Part shown: piece by piece, positions 8,348-16,691 of the stretch
How positions within the stretch are numbered: the stretch's first letter is position 1
Layout: each line of letters starts with the position of its first letter
DNA from: Escherichia phage SP27
Sequence record: LC494302.1
DNA length: 64,000 bases
Reading direction: 5' to 3' (one strand)
The notes under the pieces: model-generated
Seen by the model: the letters and a program-made list of their open reading frames with translations, nothing else
Database searches by the model: none
What the model was told of the DNA's origin: nothing
Position numbers and translations under genes: made by a program

Positions 8348-8959
8348 ATGAAAACTATCACTACTACTACTTATGTTATGGCTTTTTCTGAATTGAACGC
8401 AGAACAACAAACGTCAGCTATCGAACTGGTTCGGGAACGTGAAAAAAACTTAAACGATGATTATTTTTCTGAAAGTGAAATTGAATACTATAAAGAAACA
8501 GTACTACCGGAATATGGCATTAATGACGCTGAAATACAATTCAGTGGCTTTTGGTCCCAGGGTGACGGTGCATCAATCAGTACTGACCACGTTGACGCAG
8601 TGAAGTTTTTACGCAAGGTAAGAGCATTAACTAAGTATCGCTCAATCCGTCACTTGCTGAATGAAGATGATTTGGCGATGAGTGTAAAGCGTTCGCACTC
8701 CCACTACTCGCATGAGAATACTGTAAGCGGGTACATTGAATCGGCTTACACTGATTTAACCGCAAAACAAGAAACGTTAGTTAATGAGCTTGAGGAACTA
8801 CTCACTGAAACTATTCGTGAATTATCCCGCAAGTTGTACCGTGATTTAGAGAATGCATATGAGGATCAATTCACTACTGAAAACATTACGGCACTGATTG
8901 AGGGTAACGAATATCAATTCAATGTTATTGATGGAGTAGTAGAATCAATCGAATATTAA
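8348..8959 (+). CDS. hypothetical acidic protein
   Basis: 203 aa; GAGGG RBS; no family recognised. Confidence 0.6.
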   Translation: MKTITTTTYVMAFSELNAEQQTSAIELVREREKNLNDDYFSESEIEYYKETVLPEYGINDAEIQFSGFWSQGDGASISTDHVDAVKFLRKVRALTKYRSIRHLLNEDDLAMSVKRSHSHYSHENTVSGYIESAYTDLTAKQETLVNELEELLTETIRELSRKLYRDLENAYEDQFTTENITALIEGNEYQFNVIDGVVESIEY

Positions 8960-8971
8960 TTTAAAAAGTAC

Positions 8972-9031
8972 TTGCAAACTAAGTTTAAAAGCGTATAATA
9001 CTTTATATCGAGGCGGGGAGTGGTTCCCCGC
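8972..9031 (+). promoter_or_regulatory. class I early promoter plus 5' stem-loop cassette
   Basis: TTGCAA 8972-8977, TATAAT 8994-8999; hairpin GCGGGGAgtggTTCCCCGC 9013-9031. Confidence 0.65.
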
Positions 9032-9049
9032 TCAAACGAGGATTTAAAA

Positions 9050-9289
9050 ATGGCTAGTACTAAAACTTACAACGGACACAAAAACAAAACTCATTGGAAT
9101 GTAAGCCTTTGGATTAATAACGGTGAGTCATTGTATCGGCTTGCTCAAAGTTGCATCGCACAAAGTAGAACTAAAGATATTGCTGCGGAATGTATGTACC
9201 GCAGATTAAAAGCCAACGGTACTACTACAACGCCGGACGGCTTTAAGTATAGCACTACTGCGATCCGTGCTGCAATGGTTGGAATGTAA
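9050..9289 (+). CDS. hypothetical protein, paralog of 7009..7248
   Basis: start at ATG 9050 (MASTKTYNGHKNKTHWNVSLWINN); conserved C-term. Confidence 0.65.
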   Translation: MASTKTYNGHKNKTHWNVSLWINNGESLYRLAQSCIAQSRTKDIAAECMYRRLKANGTTTTPDGFKYSTTAIRAAMVGM

Positions 9290-9328
9290 TATTCAGTACT
9301 GAGATAATGGCGGGAACTATTACCCGCC
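9279..9328 (+). promoter_or_regulatory. promoter plus stem-loop
   Basis: TTGGAA 9279-9284, AGTACTGAGATAAT -10; hairpin GGCGGGaactattaCCCGCC 9309-9328. Confidence 0.4.
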
Positions 9329-9346
9329 TTTACTGAGGGTTATCTA

Positions 9347-9634
9347 ATGAGTAAAGTAATAAAGTACAATGTGTTAAGCAAATCATTGTCTATCAGTGAA
9401 TGCACCGATGGTTTTTGGATGTACGATGAAACGCGTGGCATGAATTTAGCTATGCGTGCAAAAACTGCTGAGGCGGCGTATATTCAAGCACTGGAATACT
9501 ACCAGGAACGTTTGAAGGAAGTAGAAGAAGATTATAAAAGCCTCAAAGCGAAAGTAGATCATTTCGTCGGTCAATTCGTGGAAGACAACGACGAGGACGG
9601 GCACTACTGCGACCGTTGCGGATCTTACAGTTAA
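9347..9634 (+). CDS. hypothetical protein
   Basis: 95 aa; C-terminal CDRCGSYS. Confidence 0.55.
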   Translation: MSKVIKYNVLSKSLSISECTDGFWMYDETRGMNLAMRAKTAEAAYIQALEYYQERLKEVEEDYKSLKAKVDHFVGQFVEDNDEDGHYCDRCGSYS

Positions 9635-9651
9635 GTACTAAGGATTATATA

Positions 9652-9864
9652 ATGAGTGATTTAATTGAACGTATCAAAGAGCTTGAAGAAAAAGAATTGC
9701 AGTTGATCGGGTTACGGAATAAAGTATTCCATGATTTAGGTGGCTTTATTAATGCCTGGGATAGTGGCGATCCTGATGCGTTACCTGCTAACCGCCAGGC
9801 GATGATCAATGATGTGCGTGGTGTCTTTGATTATGTTTTAAAAGTACTAGACACTAAGCAATAA
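9652..9864 (+). CDS. hypothetical protein
   Basis: start at ATG 9652 (MSDLIERIKELEEKE). Confidence 0.55.
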   Translation: MSDLIERIKELEEKELQLIGLRNKVFHDLGGFINAWDSGDPDALPANRQAMINDVRGVFDYVLKVLDTKQ

Positions 9865-9925
9865 AGGCGTATAATACTTTATATTGGTACTGACAAACAT
9901 TATAAGCGATGCAGGAGCTTTAATC

Positions 9926-10111
9926 ATGACAACATTATCTGAGGTTATCCGCGATCAAGCTGCAAAGGCTGGAATGACTGTTATCAATGTAGGGATCAAG
10001 ATTGAGATCTCCCCTAACGAGTTGCAAGGGATTCCCGATCCTACTAGCTGGGATCGTGCTGGGCGAATGATGAGTAATGCTTCATTACTGGACGGTACAA
10101 AATTTAATTAA
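9926..10111 (+). CDS. hypothetical protein
   Basis: start at ATG 9926 after AGGAG RBS (MTTLSEVIRDQ). Confidence 0.5.
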   Translation: MTTLSEVIRDQAAKAGMTVINVGIKIEISPNELQGIPDPTSWDRAGRMMSNASLLDGTKFN

Positions 10112-10118
10112 AAAGTAC

Positions 10119-10178
10119 TTGCAATTAGTTTTCAGTACTGTATAATGGTTTACATCAAAGGGAGAAATGGTTCTCCCT
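10119..10178 (+). promoter_or_regulatory. class I early promoter plus 5' stem-loop cassette
   Basis: TTGCAA 10119-10124, TATAAT 10141-10146; hairpin AGGGAGAAatggTTCTCCCT 10159-10178. Confidence 0.65.
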
Positions 10179-10196
10179 GGTAATGAGGAAAATACA

Positions 10197-10418
10197 ATGG
10201 CTAATATCACTACTCTTTCCCAACTGGAAGCACTGGTTAAATCTATGCGGGAACATGCCGACAAAATCGGCGTACAAGATCCAGCCGTTTGCTTCTGCGA
10301 CGAATTGAATGATGATACACTGGTAATAGCAGAAGTCCAGGACGTTTCTAACTATTCCTCGCGTTACACTGGCGGCGTAGCAAATAAAGGTGACTTCTGT
10401 TTATACCTTACAAAATAA
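10197..10418 (+). CDS. hypothetical protein
   Basis: start at ATG 10197 (MANITTLSQ) after GAGGA RBS. Confidence 0.55.
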   Translation: MANITTLSQLEALVKSMREHADKIGVQDPAVCFCDELNDDTLVIAEVQDVSNYSSRYTGGVANKGDFCLYLTK

Positions 10419-10453
10419 CAACGCGGGGAGATAATAACTCCCCGTTACTTTTT
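10419..10453 (+). terminator. intrinsic terminator
   Basis: AACGCGGGGAGataataaCTCCCCGTT stem followed by T-run. Confidence 0.5.
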
Positions 10454-10524
10454 CAGTACTGAATCATTTAATAGACGGATCTCGGCACCCGGTGGGTTAG
10501 TGACTGTTTCGTCTTGATGTAGTA

Positions 10525-10553
10525 ATTATGCCAGTACTGGATGCACTTGTCAA
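10525..10553 (-). promoter_or_regulatory. minus-strand class II promoter
   Basis: reverse complement reads TTGACAagtgcatccAGTACTGGCATAAT; transcribes leftward through GCACCCGGTGGG element. Confidence 0.45.
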
Positions 10554-10586
10554 CAACTATTTTTCAAATACTTTTTATTAAAATAC

Positions 10587-10640
10587 TTGCAATTAGTTTT
10601 TAAACGCGTATAATGTTTTGCATAGGGGGAGCGGTTCCCC
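10587..10640 (+). promoter_or_regulatory. class I early promoter plus 5' stem-loop cassette
   Basis: TTGCAA 10587-10592, TATAAT 10609-10614; hairpin GGGGGAgcggTTCCCC. Confidence 0.6.
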
Positions 10641-10661
10641 TGGTAACTAAGGAATAATAAA

Positions 10662-10898
10662 ATGCTTGAACAAATCAAATCAACGTCTGCGAATGTAACG
10701 GGAACGGTTGTACACTTTACTAGTGATGAATCGCGGGGCGTTCCCTATTGTGCTGTACATGTAAACACTGATGGCAACTACTGGTTTACGGTTTACGGAT
10801 CATATTCATTTGGACGGCCAGGGCATCAAAAAATTCTGGATAAAGTACAACCAACGGGTAAAAATATCACTGCCGAAATGTTTTATAAAAAATCATAA
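10662..10898 (+). CDS. hypothetical protein
   Basis: 78 aa downstream of cassette. Confidence 0.55.
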   Translation: MLEQIKSTSANVTGTVVHFTSDESRGVPYCAVHVNTDGNYWFTVYGSYSFGRPGHQKILDKVQPTGKNITAEMFYKKS

Positions 10899-10903
10899 AG
10901 TAC

Positions 10904-10962
10904 TTGCAATTAGTTTTTAGTACTGTATAATATTTTACATCGCAAGGGGAAACGGTTTCCCC
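10904..10962 (+). promoter_or_regulatory. class I early promoter plus 5' stem-loop cassette
   Basis: TTGCAA 10904-10909, TATAAT 10926-10931; hairpin GGGGAAacggTTTCCCC 10946-10962. Confidence 0.65.
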
Positions 10963-10982
10963 TGGTAACTAAGGATAATCAA

Positions 10983-11282
10983 ATGAAAATTGCAATCATC
11001 GCCCTGGCTTTATCTGTTTCCTCTTTCGCTGTTAATGCGTCGTTAGATGTAAGTAGTGAAAAATTCATTCAGTGCACTGTTGCAATGACCGATGAAAGAA
11101 CTGGCGAGATTGTATTAAAGGATTTAGAGATCCAGCCGGAAGCATTTAAAAACGGCCCGTTCCATGAAGAAGACGAAAACGGTAGCACGACAATTTATTA
11201 TGATGCCAGTTCCAAGCGTGGATCGGTCACTGTAATGGATACTGAGAAAGTAACACACACAGGCGTTATTAATTGCCGTTGA
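10983..11282 (+). CDS. small secreted or periplasmic protein (predicted signal peptide)
   Basis: N-terminus MKIAIIALALSVSSFAVNAS is signal-peptide-like (basic start, hydrophobic core, A-x-A-like site). Confidence 0.55.
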   Translation: MKIAIIALALSVSSFAVNASLDVSSEKFIQCTVAMTDERTGEIVLKDLEIQPEAFKNGPFHEEDENGSTTIYYDASSKRGSVTVMDTEKVTHTGVINCR

Positions 11283-11303
11283 TAGATACTACGGGGTAAC
11301 ATC

Positions 11304-11534
11304 ATGACTAAGCGAATTGTTTTACTTAACGAAAGCAGTACTACACAACTACTTAACGCCGTGCATTATGATATTGAAACGAGCGTTAATCTTATCAGTA
11401 CTGTAGTACTGTTGGACACTGGAAAGGTCGCCAATGATAAAGCGATTGCAGGTATATTAACGGATCTTGAGCCTGGTAGCAGTGCACCCATAACGTTAAA
11501 TGGTAAAGTGTTTAATATTTTACTCACTGATTAA
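11304..11534 (+). CDS. hypothetical protein
   Basis: 76 aa; followed by terminator. Confidence 0.55.
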   Translation: MTKRIVLLNESSTTQLLNAVHYDIETSVNLISTVVLLDTGKVANDKAIAGILTDLEPGSSAPITLNGKVFNILLTD

Positions 11535-11540
11535 GTACAT

Positions 11541-11568
11541 AGCCCACCAGGTGGGCTTTTTTGTTTTT
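11541..11568 (+). terminator. intrinsic terminator
   Basis: AGCCCACCaGGTGGGCT hairpin followed by TTTTTTGTTTTT. Confidence 0.75.
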
Positions 11569-11767
11569 ATAGTATCGTAGTACTGAGATACTTTGAAAAT
11601 AGTTTTAAGAAAGTAGTTGACATTACCACAGAAAAGCGTAGAATGTATTACATCAAGACGGGGAGCACTAAGTAGACCGCCAGTAAGTCGAACGAAAAAC
11701 TGGACACGTCGAGAAAACTTTGATACACTAATAAACGTAAACTAAACTTTAATTGAGGATTTATAAA

Positions 11768-12250
11768 ATGGCTAATGTAAAATCATTCATCAAAGCACTG
11801 GTAGCAAATGAAACTAACGTCGCGGCTGAGATCCTGGCTGAACTGGATAACGATACCATGAAAGCGGTACGCAATAATTTTAACATCGCGTACAGTACTG
11901 CGAAAGAACTACAAGCAAATAAAGCGGCAGAAATTGAAGCGGCAAAGGCGGCCCGTGAAGCAGAACTACAAGCAACAATCGAAAGTATCCAGGCGGCGGT
12001 GTCTGGATTGGATCTGGAAGTGGTTGTGGAAATGGCACATAAAGCCCTGGCGGTTAAGTATGGTGAAGATAAGCCAGAATCTAAACCTAAAAAATGGATT
12101 CAAGAACGTGTTACTGTAGTACTTGATAACGGGGAAGAACATATGATTCCTGTACGCGGTAACTGCATTGCGGTAGTACTGGACGCTATCAAAGAAAGCG
12201 GTATGACTCGCGAGGAATGGATCGAAGCTCATCGCAAAGTTGAAGCATAA
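11768..12250 (+). CDS. hypothetical protein
   Basis: start at ATG 11768 (MANVKSF) after GAGGA RBS; Ala/Glu-rich central helix. Confidence 0.55.
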   Translation: MANVKSFIKALVANETNVAAEILAELDNDTMKAVRNNFNIAYSTAKELQANKAAEIEAAKAAREAELQATIESIQAAVSGLDLEVVVEMAHKALAVKYGEDKPESKPKKWIQERVTVVLDNGEEHMIPVRGNCIAVVLDAIKESGMTREEWIEAHRKVEA

Positions 12251-12271
12251 CAATTAAAGTACTGAATCACT

Positions 12272-12300
12272 AGCCCACCTTAAACAGTGGGCTTTTTTGT
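12272..12300 (+). terminator. intrinsic terminator
   Basis: AGCCCACcttaaacaGTGGGCT followed by TTTTTTGT. Confidence 0.7.
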
Positions 12301-12453
12301 GTCTGTAGTATTCCAGTCCACCAGCACCGCCTAGAATCGATTCTAACGCATTAAACTGATTATCTGATGCATTGCCCTAGCTGGTGGCGTGAAGGTCGTT
12401 AGAATGCGATTGAGAGCGTTTAAAGTATTTTGCAAAAAGTAATAAAAAGTACT

Positions 12454-12512
12454 TGCACGATTAAGAGATTAGCGTATAATGTTTTACATCGAGAGGGGGA
12501 AACGGTTCTCCT
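12454..12512 (+). promoter_or_regulatory. class I early promoter plus 5' stem-loop cassette
   Basis: TTGCAC 12454-12459, GCGTATAAT 12475-12480; hairpin GGGGGAAacggTTCTCC. Confidence 0.6.
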
Positions 12513-12535
12513 TCCAAATCAAAGGAATCAAAACA

Positions 12536-12763
12536 ATGGCTATTATCATTACTCGCGTATCTGGTACTACTGGCAACGAACAAGTAGTTGCAGTCATTAC
12601 CAACAAGGAAGGTGCGGAATTGCAAAATGCAATGAATACCTGGGCCGTTAATGAGTTCGGTCAGTGGGCAAGTGTAGCATACATTGAAACCTATCAAGTG
12701 CCGTCGATTAGTTTAACTGATTTGGGCGTTGAGCGTATCCTTTGCCTGGATGAATTAAATTAA
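12536..12763 (+). CDS. hypothetical protein
   Basis: start at ATG 12536 (MAIIITRVSG). Confidence 0.55.
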   Translation: MAIIITRVSGTTGNEQVVAVITNKEGAELQNAMNTWAVNEFGQWASVAYIETYQVPSISLTDLGVERILCLDELN

Positions 12764-12772
12764 AAAAGTACT

Positions 12773-12832
12773 TGCAAAGTAAATCGAATAAAGTATAATA
12801 CATTACATCAAGGGGAGAAATGGTTCTCCCCA
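12773..12832 (+). promoter_or_regulatory. class I early promoter plus 5' stem-loop cassette
   Basis: TTGCAA 12773-12778, TATAAT 12794-12799; hairpin GGGGAGAAatggTTCTCCCC 12813-12832. Confidence 0.65.
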
Positions 12833-12848
12833 CTACAAGGAAACTAAA

Positions 12849-12992
12849 ATGAAAACTTGTCAATGTGGTCAGAAATCTATTACGGGTTTAAAGCGGGGCG
12901 TTGCTCTTTGCCAGTACCATTATAATTTACAAGTATGGGGTAAAGAATGGGCCGACCAGGTGGAAGCAGCAAAGAAAGCAAAAAGTAAGTAA
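12849..12992 (+). CDS. hypothetical small Cys-containing protein (47 aa, below ORF-track cutoff)
   Basis: read by hand: MKTCQCGQKSITGLKRGVALCQYHYN...; own cassette and RBS. Confidence 0.45.
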   Translation: MKTCQCGQKSITGLKRGVALCQYHYNLQVWGKEWADQVEAAKKAKSK

Positions 12993-13011
12993 AAATATTA
13001 TCACAGTACTA

Positions 13012-13040
13012 TTGACATAGTTTGATAGTACTGGCATAAT
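13012..13040 (+). promoter_or_regulatory. class II promoter
   Basis: CAGTACTATTGACAtagtttgatAGTACTGGCATAAT; no 5' hairpin. Confidence 0.6.
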
Positions 13041-13073
13041 AGATTTTATCAAGACAACTAAGAGGAAATTAAA

Positions 13074-13418
13074 ATGGCTAACATCAATACTATAGCAGCA
13101 CAAAATATCAACCTGTCTTCTGTTGAAGTTGTACACATTGCCGCCCGGCGTTGGTTCCAGGCGTCTTATGGTAATACTTATTTCTCTTTAACGGTAGATG
13201 TTGAAATCAATGGCGAATTTATTGAAGTAGTAAACGTGCCGTTCCAATATGGCTACGGGGATCATTTTGACACTGTAGCAATGGAAGAATTTAGCAAGGT
13301 TATTAATATGGAAGGTAAAGAGTTTTTACGCGGTTCTTATCTTTCCCGTTTTTGCCGTGATAATAATATCACTGTTTATAGTTCGGTAACTGATGTTAAA
13401 CGCAAAAAAGATCTTTAA
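13074..13418 (+). CDS. hypothetical protein, paralog of 19957..20280
   Basis: shares GNTY, YGYG and C-terminal DVKRKKD with the 19957 gene. Confidence 0.6.
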   Translation: MANINTIAAQNINLSSVEVVHIAARRWFQASYGNTYFSLTVDVEINGEFIEVVNVPFQYGYGDHFDTVAMEEFSKVINMEGKEFLRGSYLSRFCRDNNITVYSSVTDVKRKKDL

Positions 13419-13498
13419 TTAGCTTTACTTTATGCAGATACTTTGATATAGTGTCTGCATAGGGGAAAGAAATTAAATTAACTTAAGAGGATAGTATA

Positions 13499-13768
13499 AT
13501 GAAAAATATCAGTACTTTAATCGATGCAGGTACACATGTTCGGCGGTCTATGGTTGCAACCAGTACTACAAAACAAGTAGCGAGCGGTTATCTTGTATTT
13601 GTGCACGATGGAAAACTCCTGGAACGTTCAATCAATTTTGATGTTAAAAACAATTGCCGTTTTATTATCTTTAAGCGTGAGCAATATAAAATTGATTTAC
13701 CAGCAAAGCCCATTAGTGGGGCGTACAACGTGCAATCAATGTTTGAACGTCAACCATACACCTATTAA
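13499..13768 (+). CDS. hypothetical protein
   Basis: 89 aa. Confidence 0.5.
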   Translation: MKNISTLIDAGTHVRRSMVATSTTKQVASGYLVFVHDGKLLERSINFDVKNNCRFIIFKREQYKIDLPAKPISGAYNVQSMFERQPYTY

Positions 13769-13819
13769 TCAAAACATCGTTAGCGGTCGATTCAGGCCGC
13801 TTATATTGGGGATTATACC

Positions 13820-14092
13820 ATGAACGTTAATCAAGTACTGAATGAGATCGAAAGCATCATTAAACCGATGAAGCGTACTGATGCTATGTTAACACCGGAA
13901 GAATGCCGCCTTTATGAGCGTTACAGCGTCGAACAAGTCCAGGCAATGGCTATGGCTACCCCAGCCGTTAAACCGCCTGAGAATGCGTTACAGGACGTTA
14001 CAGGGGATTATATCATCAATCCAGTACTAGGGAAGATGGCTGCAATCACCGAAGATCAACAAGACTACTTAAGCCAGTACTTAAAAGGTTAA
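13820..14092 (+). CDS. hypothetical protein
   Basis: 90 aa. Confidence 0.5.
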   Translation: MNVNQVLNEIESIIKPMKRTDAMLTPEECRLYERYSVEQVQAMAMATPAVKPPENALQDVTGDYIINPVLGKMAAITEDQQDYLSQYLKG

Positions 14093-14097
14093 TTAAT

Positions 14098-14307
14098 ATG
14101 CTTACTGTACAGGATAAGATCGACATCTTAAAGGTTAATATGTATGTGATTGATGCAGTACCTGGTAAAGTATTTGCATACGATGATAGTACTGTAAGCG
14201 ATTTCTACTATAGCCAGGCCGTGGGGGATCTTTCTGTACAGTCGGTTATTGAAAACGTAGTTAATGCAGCGTATGAGCATTTACTTTCAAATAGTACTTG
14301 CAATTAG
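14098..14307 (+). CDS. hypothetical protein
   Basis: 69 aa immediately after previous gene. Confidence 0.5.
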   Translation: MLTVQDKIDILKVNMYVIDAVPGKVFAYDDSTVSDFYYSQAVGDLSVQSVIENVVNAAYEHLLSNSTCN

Positions 14308-14357
14308 TTTTTAAACGCGTATAATGTTTTACATGAAGGGGAGAAATGATTCTCCCC
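14298..14357 (+). promoter_or_regulatory. class I early promoter plus 5' stem-loop cassette
   Basis: TTGCAA 14298-14303, TATAAT 14320-14325; hairpin GGGGAGAAatgaTTCTCCCC 14338-14357. Confidence 0.65.
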
Positions 14358-14376
14358 ACTAATTAAGGAATATGAA

Positions 14377-14523
14377 ATGAAAGCATCAAAAAAGAGTACT
14401 AACAAGAAAGCACGTTCAACCTTAGATGGGGTATTCCCTTTACGTTTCGTTGATGAAGTGGTTTCCTACCCGCCTGGCCTTACTCCTGAGATGGTAGAAA
14501 GTTTGCGTAAATCTAAAAAATAG
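14377..14523 (+). CDS. hypothetical small basic protein (48 aa, below ORF-track cutoff)
   Basis: read by hand: MKASKKSTNKKARSTLDG...; AAGGA RBS. Confidence 0.4.
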   Translation: MKASKKSTNKKARSTLDGVFPLRFVDEVVSYPPGLTPEMVESLRKSKK

Positions 14524-14526
14524 TAC

Positions 14527-14586
14527 TTGCAATTAGTTTTTAGTACTGTATAATGTTTTACATAGAGGGGGGAAATGGTTCTCCCC
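14527..14586 (+). promoter_or_regulatory. class I early promoter plus 5' stem-loop cassette
   Basis: TTGCAA 14527-14532, TATAAT 14549-14554; hairpin GGGGGGAAatggTTCTCCCC. Confidence 0.65.
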
Positions 14587-14604
14587 AATAACAGGAGAAA
14601 CAAA

Positions 14605-14757
14605 ATGAAACAATACAACGCTCGGTTTGATGTTACTATCGGCAACGGTAAAGGTCAATTCTCTTTCAGTACTCGACGCAGTTATACAGAAAACTTCCTG
14701 CGTAATTGTGCACTGACCGCCGCACAAATTAAACATTACTTTCAGGCTAAAAAATGA
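14605..14757 (+). CDS. hypothetical small protein (50 aa)
   Basis: start at ATG 14605 (MKQYNARFDV) after AGGAGA RBS. Confidence 0.45.
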   Translation: MKQYNARFDVTIGNGKGQFSFSTRRSYTENFLRNCALTAAQIKHYFQAKK

Positions 14758-14843
14758 GATCATTAGCTTATTACAGTTCGGCCCTGGTCGGTGCATTGAT
14801 CGCGGCGTTGTTAGTAACCTATCTATTCTTTATGGTGATTTAA
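14754..14843 (+). CDS. possible small hydrophobic peptide (29 aa)
   Basis: read by hand: MRSLAYYSSALVGALIAALLVTYLFFMVI; ATGA overlap. Confidence 0.3.
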   Translation: MRSLAYYSSALVGALIAALLVTYLFFMVI

Positions 14844-14981
14844 ATGAATCCTAACGGTATAATTTACAGTACTCCTAAAACGAAAGCAGACAAGGTAAAC
14901 GCTAAAAAAGCGAAAGTAAAGGAGTACATCAAGCAAGGCATGACGCGAAAGGCGGCGATTCTAAAAGCTAAAAATAAATGA
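14844..14981 (+). CDS. possible small Lys-rich protein (45 aa)
   Basis: read by hand: MNPNGIIYSTPKTKADKVNAKKAKVKEY... Confidence 0.3.
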   Translation: MNPNGIIYSTPKTKADKVNAKKAKVKEYIKQGMTRKAAILKAKNK

Positions 14982-14987
14982 AAAAAG

Positions 14988-15009
14988 TGGTTGACTTCGG
15001 TCAGCCATT
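14988..15009 (+). terminator. intrinsic terminator (first part of repeated intergenic module)
   Basis: GGTTGAC-TTCG-GTCAGCC hairpin with tetraloop, then TTTTGC. Confidence 0.5.
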
Positions 15010-15112
15010 TTGCTATTATATATTCATTGAGAGATAGCTCACTAGCCCACAGGGTGCAGGAGTGTATCTATTGTATAATGTTTGAGTACTTAAAACTATT
15101 TTTAAAAAAGTA

Positions 15113-15172
15113 CTTGCAAACTATCTCAATAAGCGTATAATGTTTTACATCGCAAGGGGAAACGGTTTCCCC
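15113..15172 (+). promoter_or_regulatory. class I early promoter plus 5' stem-loop cassette
   Basis: TTGCAA 15113-15118, TATAAT 15135-15140; hairpin GGGGAAacggTTTCCCC 15156-15172. Confidence 0.65.
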
Positions 15173-15192
15173 TAGTAATAAGGAAACAAATC

Positions 15193-15534
15193 ATGACTAT
15201 CTCAATTGCTCAATCTAACTTTGAAAACGAAATCATCGCCCAGGCACTGCGTTTAAATGATGGTCGGGCCGAAATCAATTACGGTTTCAATTCAGGCGGT
15301 TGTGAAAAATATCAGTACTTTATAACTGCTGATGGCTGTGTCCTGGGCATCAATACAGTTATTGTAAACATCCAAAAAATTAATTTCAATGATCCAGACG
15401 ATAGCCAGTTTTACATCACTGGCGTAGACGTGAACTATGAGGATGACTCACTAACTGATGATCACACTGGCGAGCGGTTAGAAAGTGCATACGGTGAAGA
15501 TGATTATCAGTCCGGTCCAGAAGATTTCGAATAA
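15193..15534 (+). CDS. hypothetical acidic protein
   Basis: 113 aa. Confidence 0.55.
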   Translation: MTISIAQSNFENEIIAQALRLNDGRAEINYGFNSGGCEKYQYFITADGCVLGINTVIVNIQKINFNDPDDSQFYITGVDVNYEDDSLTDDHTGERLESAYGEDDYQSGPEDFE

Positions 15535-15547
15535 TATAAAAAAATAG

Positions 15548-15606
15548 TTTGACAATAGATTATAGTACTGTATAATGTTTTACATGAAGGGGAGAATAGT
15601 TCTCCC
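15548..15606 (+). promoter_or_regulatory. promoter plus 5' stem-loop cassette (TTGACA variant)
   Basis: TTGACA 15548-15553, TAGTACTGTATAAT -10; hairpin GGGGAGAAtagTTCTCCCC. Confidence 0.65.
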
Positions 15607-15627
15607 CACTAACAGAGAGAAAACAAA

Positions 15628-15840
15628 ATGGCTAATATCCGGTCGAAATTAAAAAATGCAAAACAAGTTTTATTTTCAGATCATGAATACTTTAATAAAG
15701 ATATTACAGGAGTTACAAGTATCAAGGAAGTAAAAGAAAAAACCGGCGTTTTGTGTGATGTGCGATTAGTTGGAACATTTGGGAATAACGTGCTATATCG
15801 CTGCGGTGATTACAATTTTACACTGACTATCATTAACTAA
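15628..15840 (+). CDS. hypothetical protein
   Basis: 70 aa. Confidence 0.55.
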   Translation: MANIRSKLKNAKQVLFSDHEYFNKDITGVTSIKEVKEKTGVLCDVRLVGTFGNNVLYRCGDYNFTLTIIN

Positions 15841-15868
15841 AAATATTATCACAGTACTATCAAAGCTA

Positions 15869-15897
15869 TTGACAATGATTGATAGTACTGGCATAAT
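15869..15897 (+). promoter_or_regulatory. class II promoter
   Basis: CAGTACTATcaaagctATTGACAatgattgatAGTACTGGCATAAT. Confidence 0.6.
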
Positions 15898-15932
15898 AAC
15901 TTTTATCAACTACACTACTAAGGAATTAAAAA

Positions 15933-16112
15933 ATGGCTATCATCGCAAAAACTGAAATCGTTGGTCTGGATTCTATCATCATGACGTTTGAAGATCAAAA
16001 AGGTATGTATGTAGTTTCCTATGGTGATTATGTTCGGGAGTATGAAACGGTAGACGAAGCCTTTGAAAGTTATATTCGCCAGGTGAATAAAGCATACGAC
16101 GACTACCGCTAA
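15933..16112 (+). CDS. hypothetical small protein (59 aa, below ORF-track cutoff)
   Basis: read by hand: MAIIAKTEIVGLDSIIMTFEDQKG...; AAGGA RBS. Confidence 0.45.
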   Translation: MAIIAKTEIVGLDSIIMTFEDQKGMYVVSYGDYVREYETVDEAFESYIRQVNKAYDDYR

Positions 16113-16139
16113 AATATATTACCAGTACTATTAAATCTA

Positions 16140-16168
16140 TTGACAATGTTTGATAGTACTGTATAATA
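16140..16168 (+). promoter_or_regulatory. class II promoter
   Basis: CAGTACTATtaaatctATTGACAatgtttgatAGTACTGTATAAT. Confidence 0.6.
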
Positions 16169-16211
16169 AGTTTTATAAACAGTAGTTAACTTAACCTAAG
16201 AGAGAAATAAA

Positions 16212-16355
16212 ATGATCGCACTGGATTCATTCATCGACGCAGTACTGGCAAAAACTGGCGAGGATCTGACCGCAGAACAATACGCGATGATCGAACAATG
16301 TCAACAGGACGGTAAATCGGTGAAAGATACTGTTAAGATTATCCGCAAGATGTAA
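16212..16355 (+). CDS. hypothetical small protein (47 aa, below ORF-track cutoff)
   Basis: read by hand: MIALDSFIDAVLAKTGEDLTAEQYAMIEQCQQDG...; followed by terminator. Confidence 0.45.
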   Translation: MIALDSFIDAVLAKTGEDLTAEQYAMIEQCQQDGKSVKDTVKIIRKM

Positions 16356-16361
16356 GATTAT

Positions 16362-16390
16362 AGCCCACTGGTTAACGCTGGTGGGCTTTA
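16362..16390 (+). terminator. intrinsic terminator
   Basis: AGCCCACtggttaacgctgGTGGGCT hairpin, weak T-run. Confidence 0.5.
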
Positions 16391-16460
16391 ATTCATCACC
16401 CTATACAATGCCAGTACTCAACCGTTTATCTCGTTAGAATGCGTTACAGGACGTTTAACA

Positions 16461-16658
16461 ATGATTAGCATGAAATCAGTACAAAAACAAATAGAAACAT
16501 TATCAAAAATTAAACGTAAACAGTACTCCTTAGAATATACAATCAATGGTAACTATCATCTAATGAAAGAGAATAATTTTATAGTCATTGATGAATCATT
16601 GCAAATCATTAGTATAGTACTGAAAGCATTAATCAATGACAGAAAAAAATTAAAATAA
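16461..16658 (+). CDS. hypothetical protein
   Basis: 65 aa. Confidence 0.45.
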   Translation: MISMKSVQKQIETLSKIKRKQYSLEYTINGNYHLMKENNFIVIDESLQIISIVLKALINDRKKLK

Positions 16659-16662
16659 TCTA

Positions 16663-16691
16663 TTGACAATATCATCCAGTACTGGCATAAT
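16663..16691 (+). promoter_or_regulatory. class II promoter
   Basis: ATTGACAatatcatccAGTACTGGCATAAT; followed by about 300 nt leader with TGATCA repeats. Confidence 0.55.
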
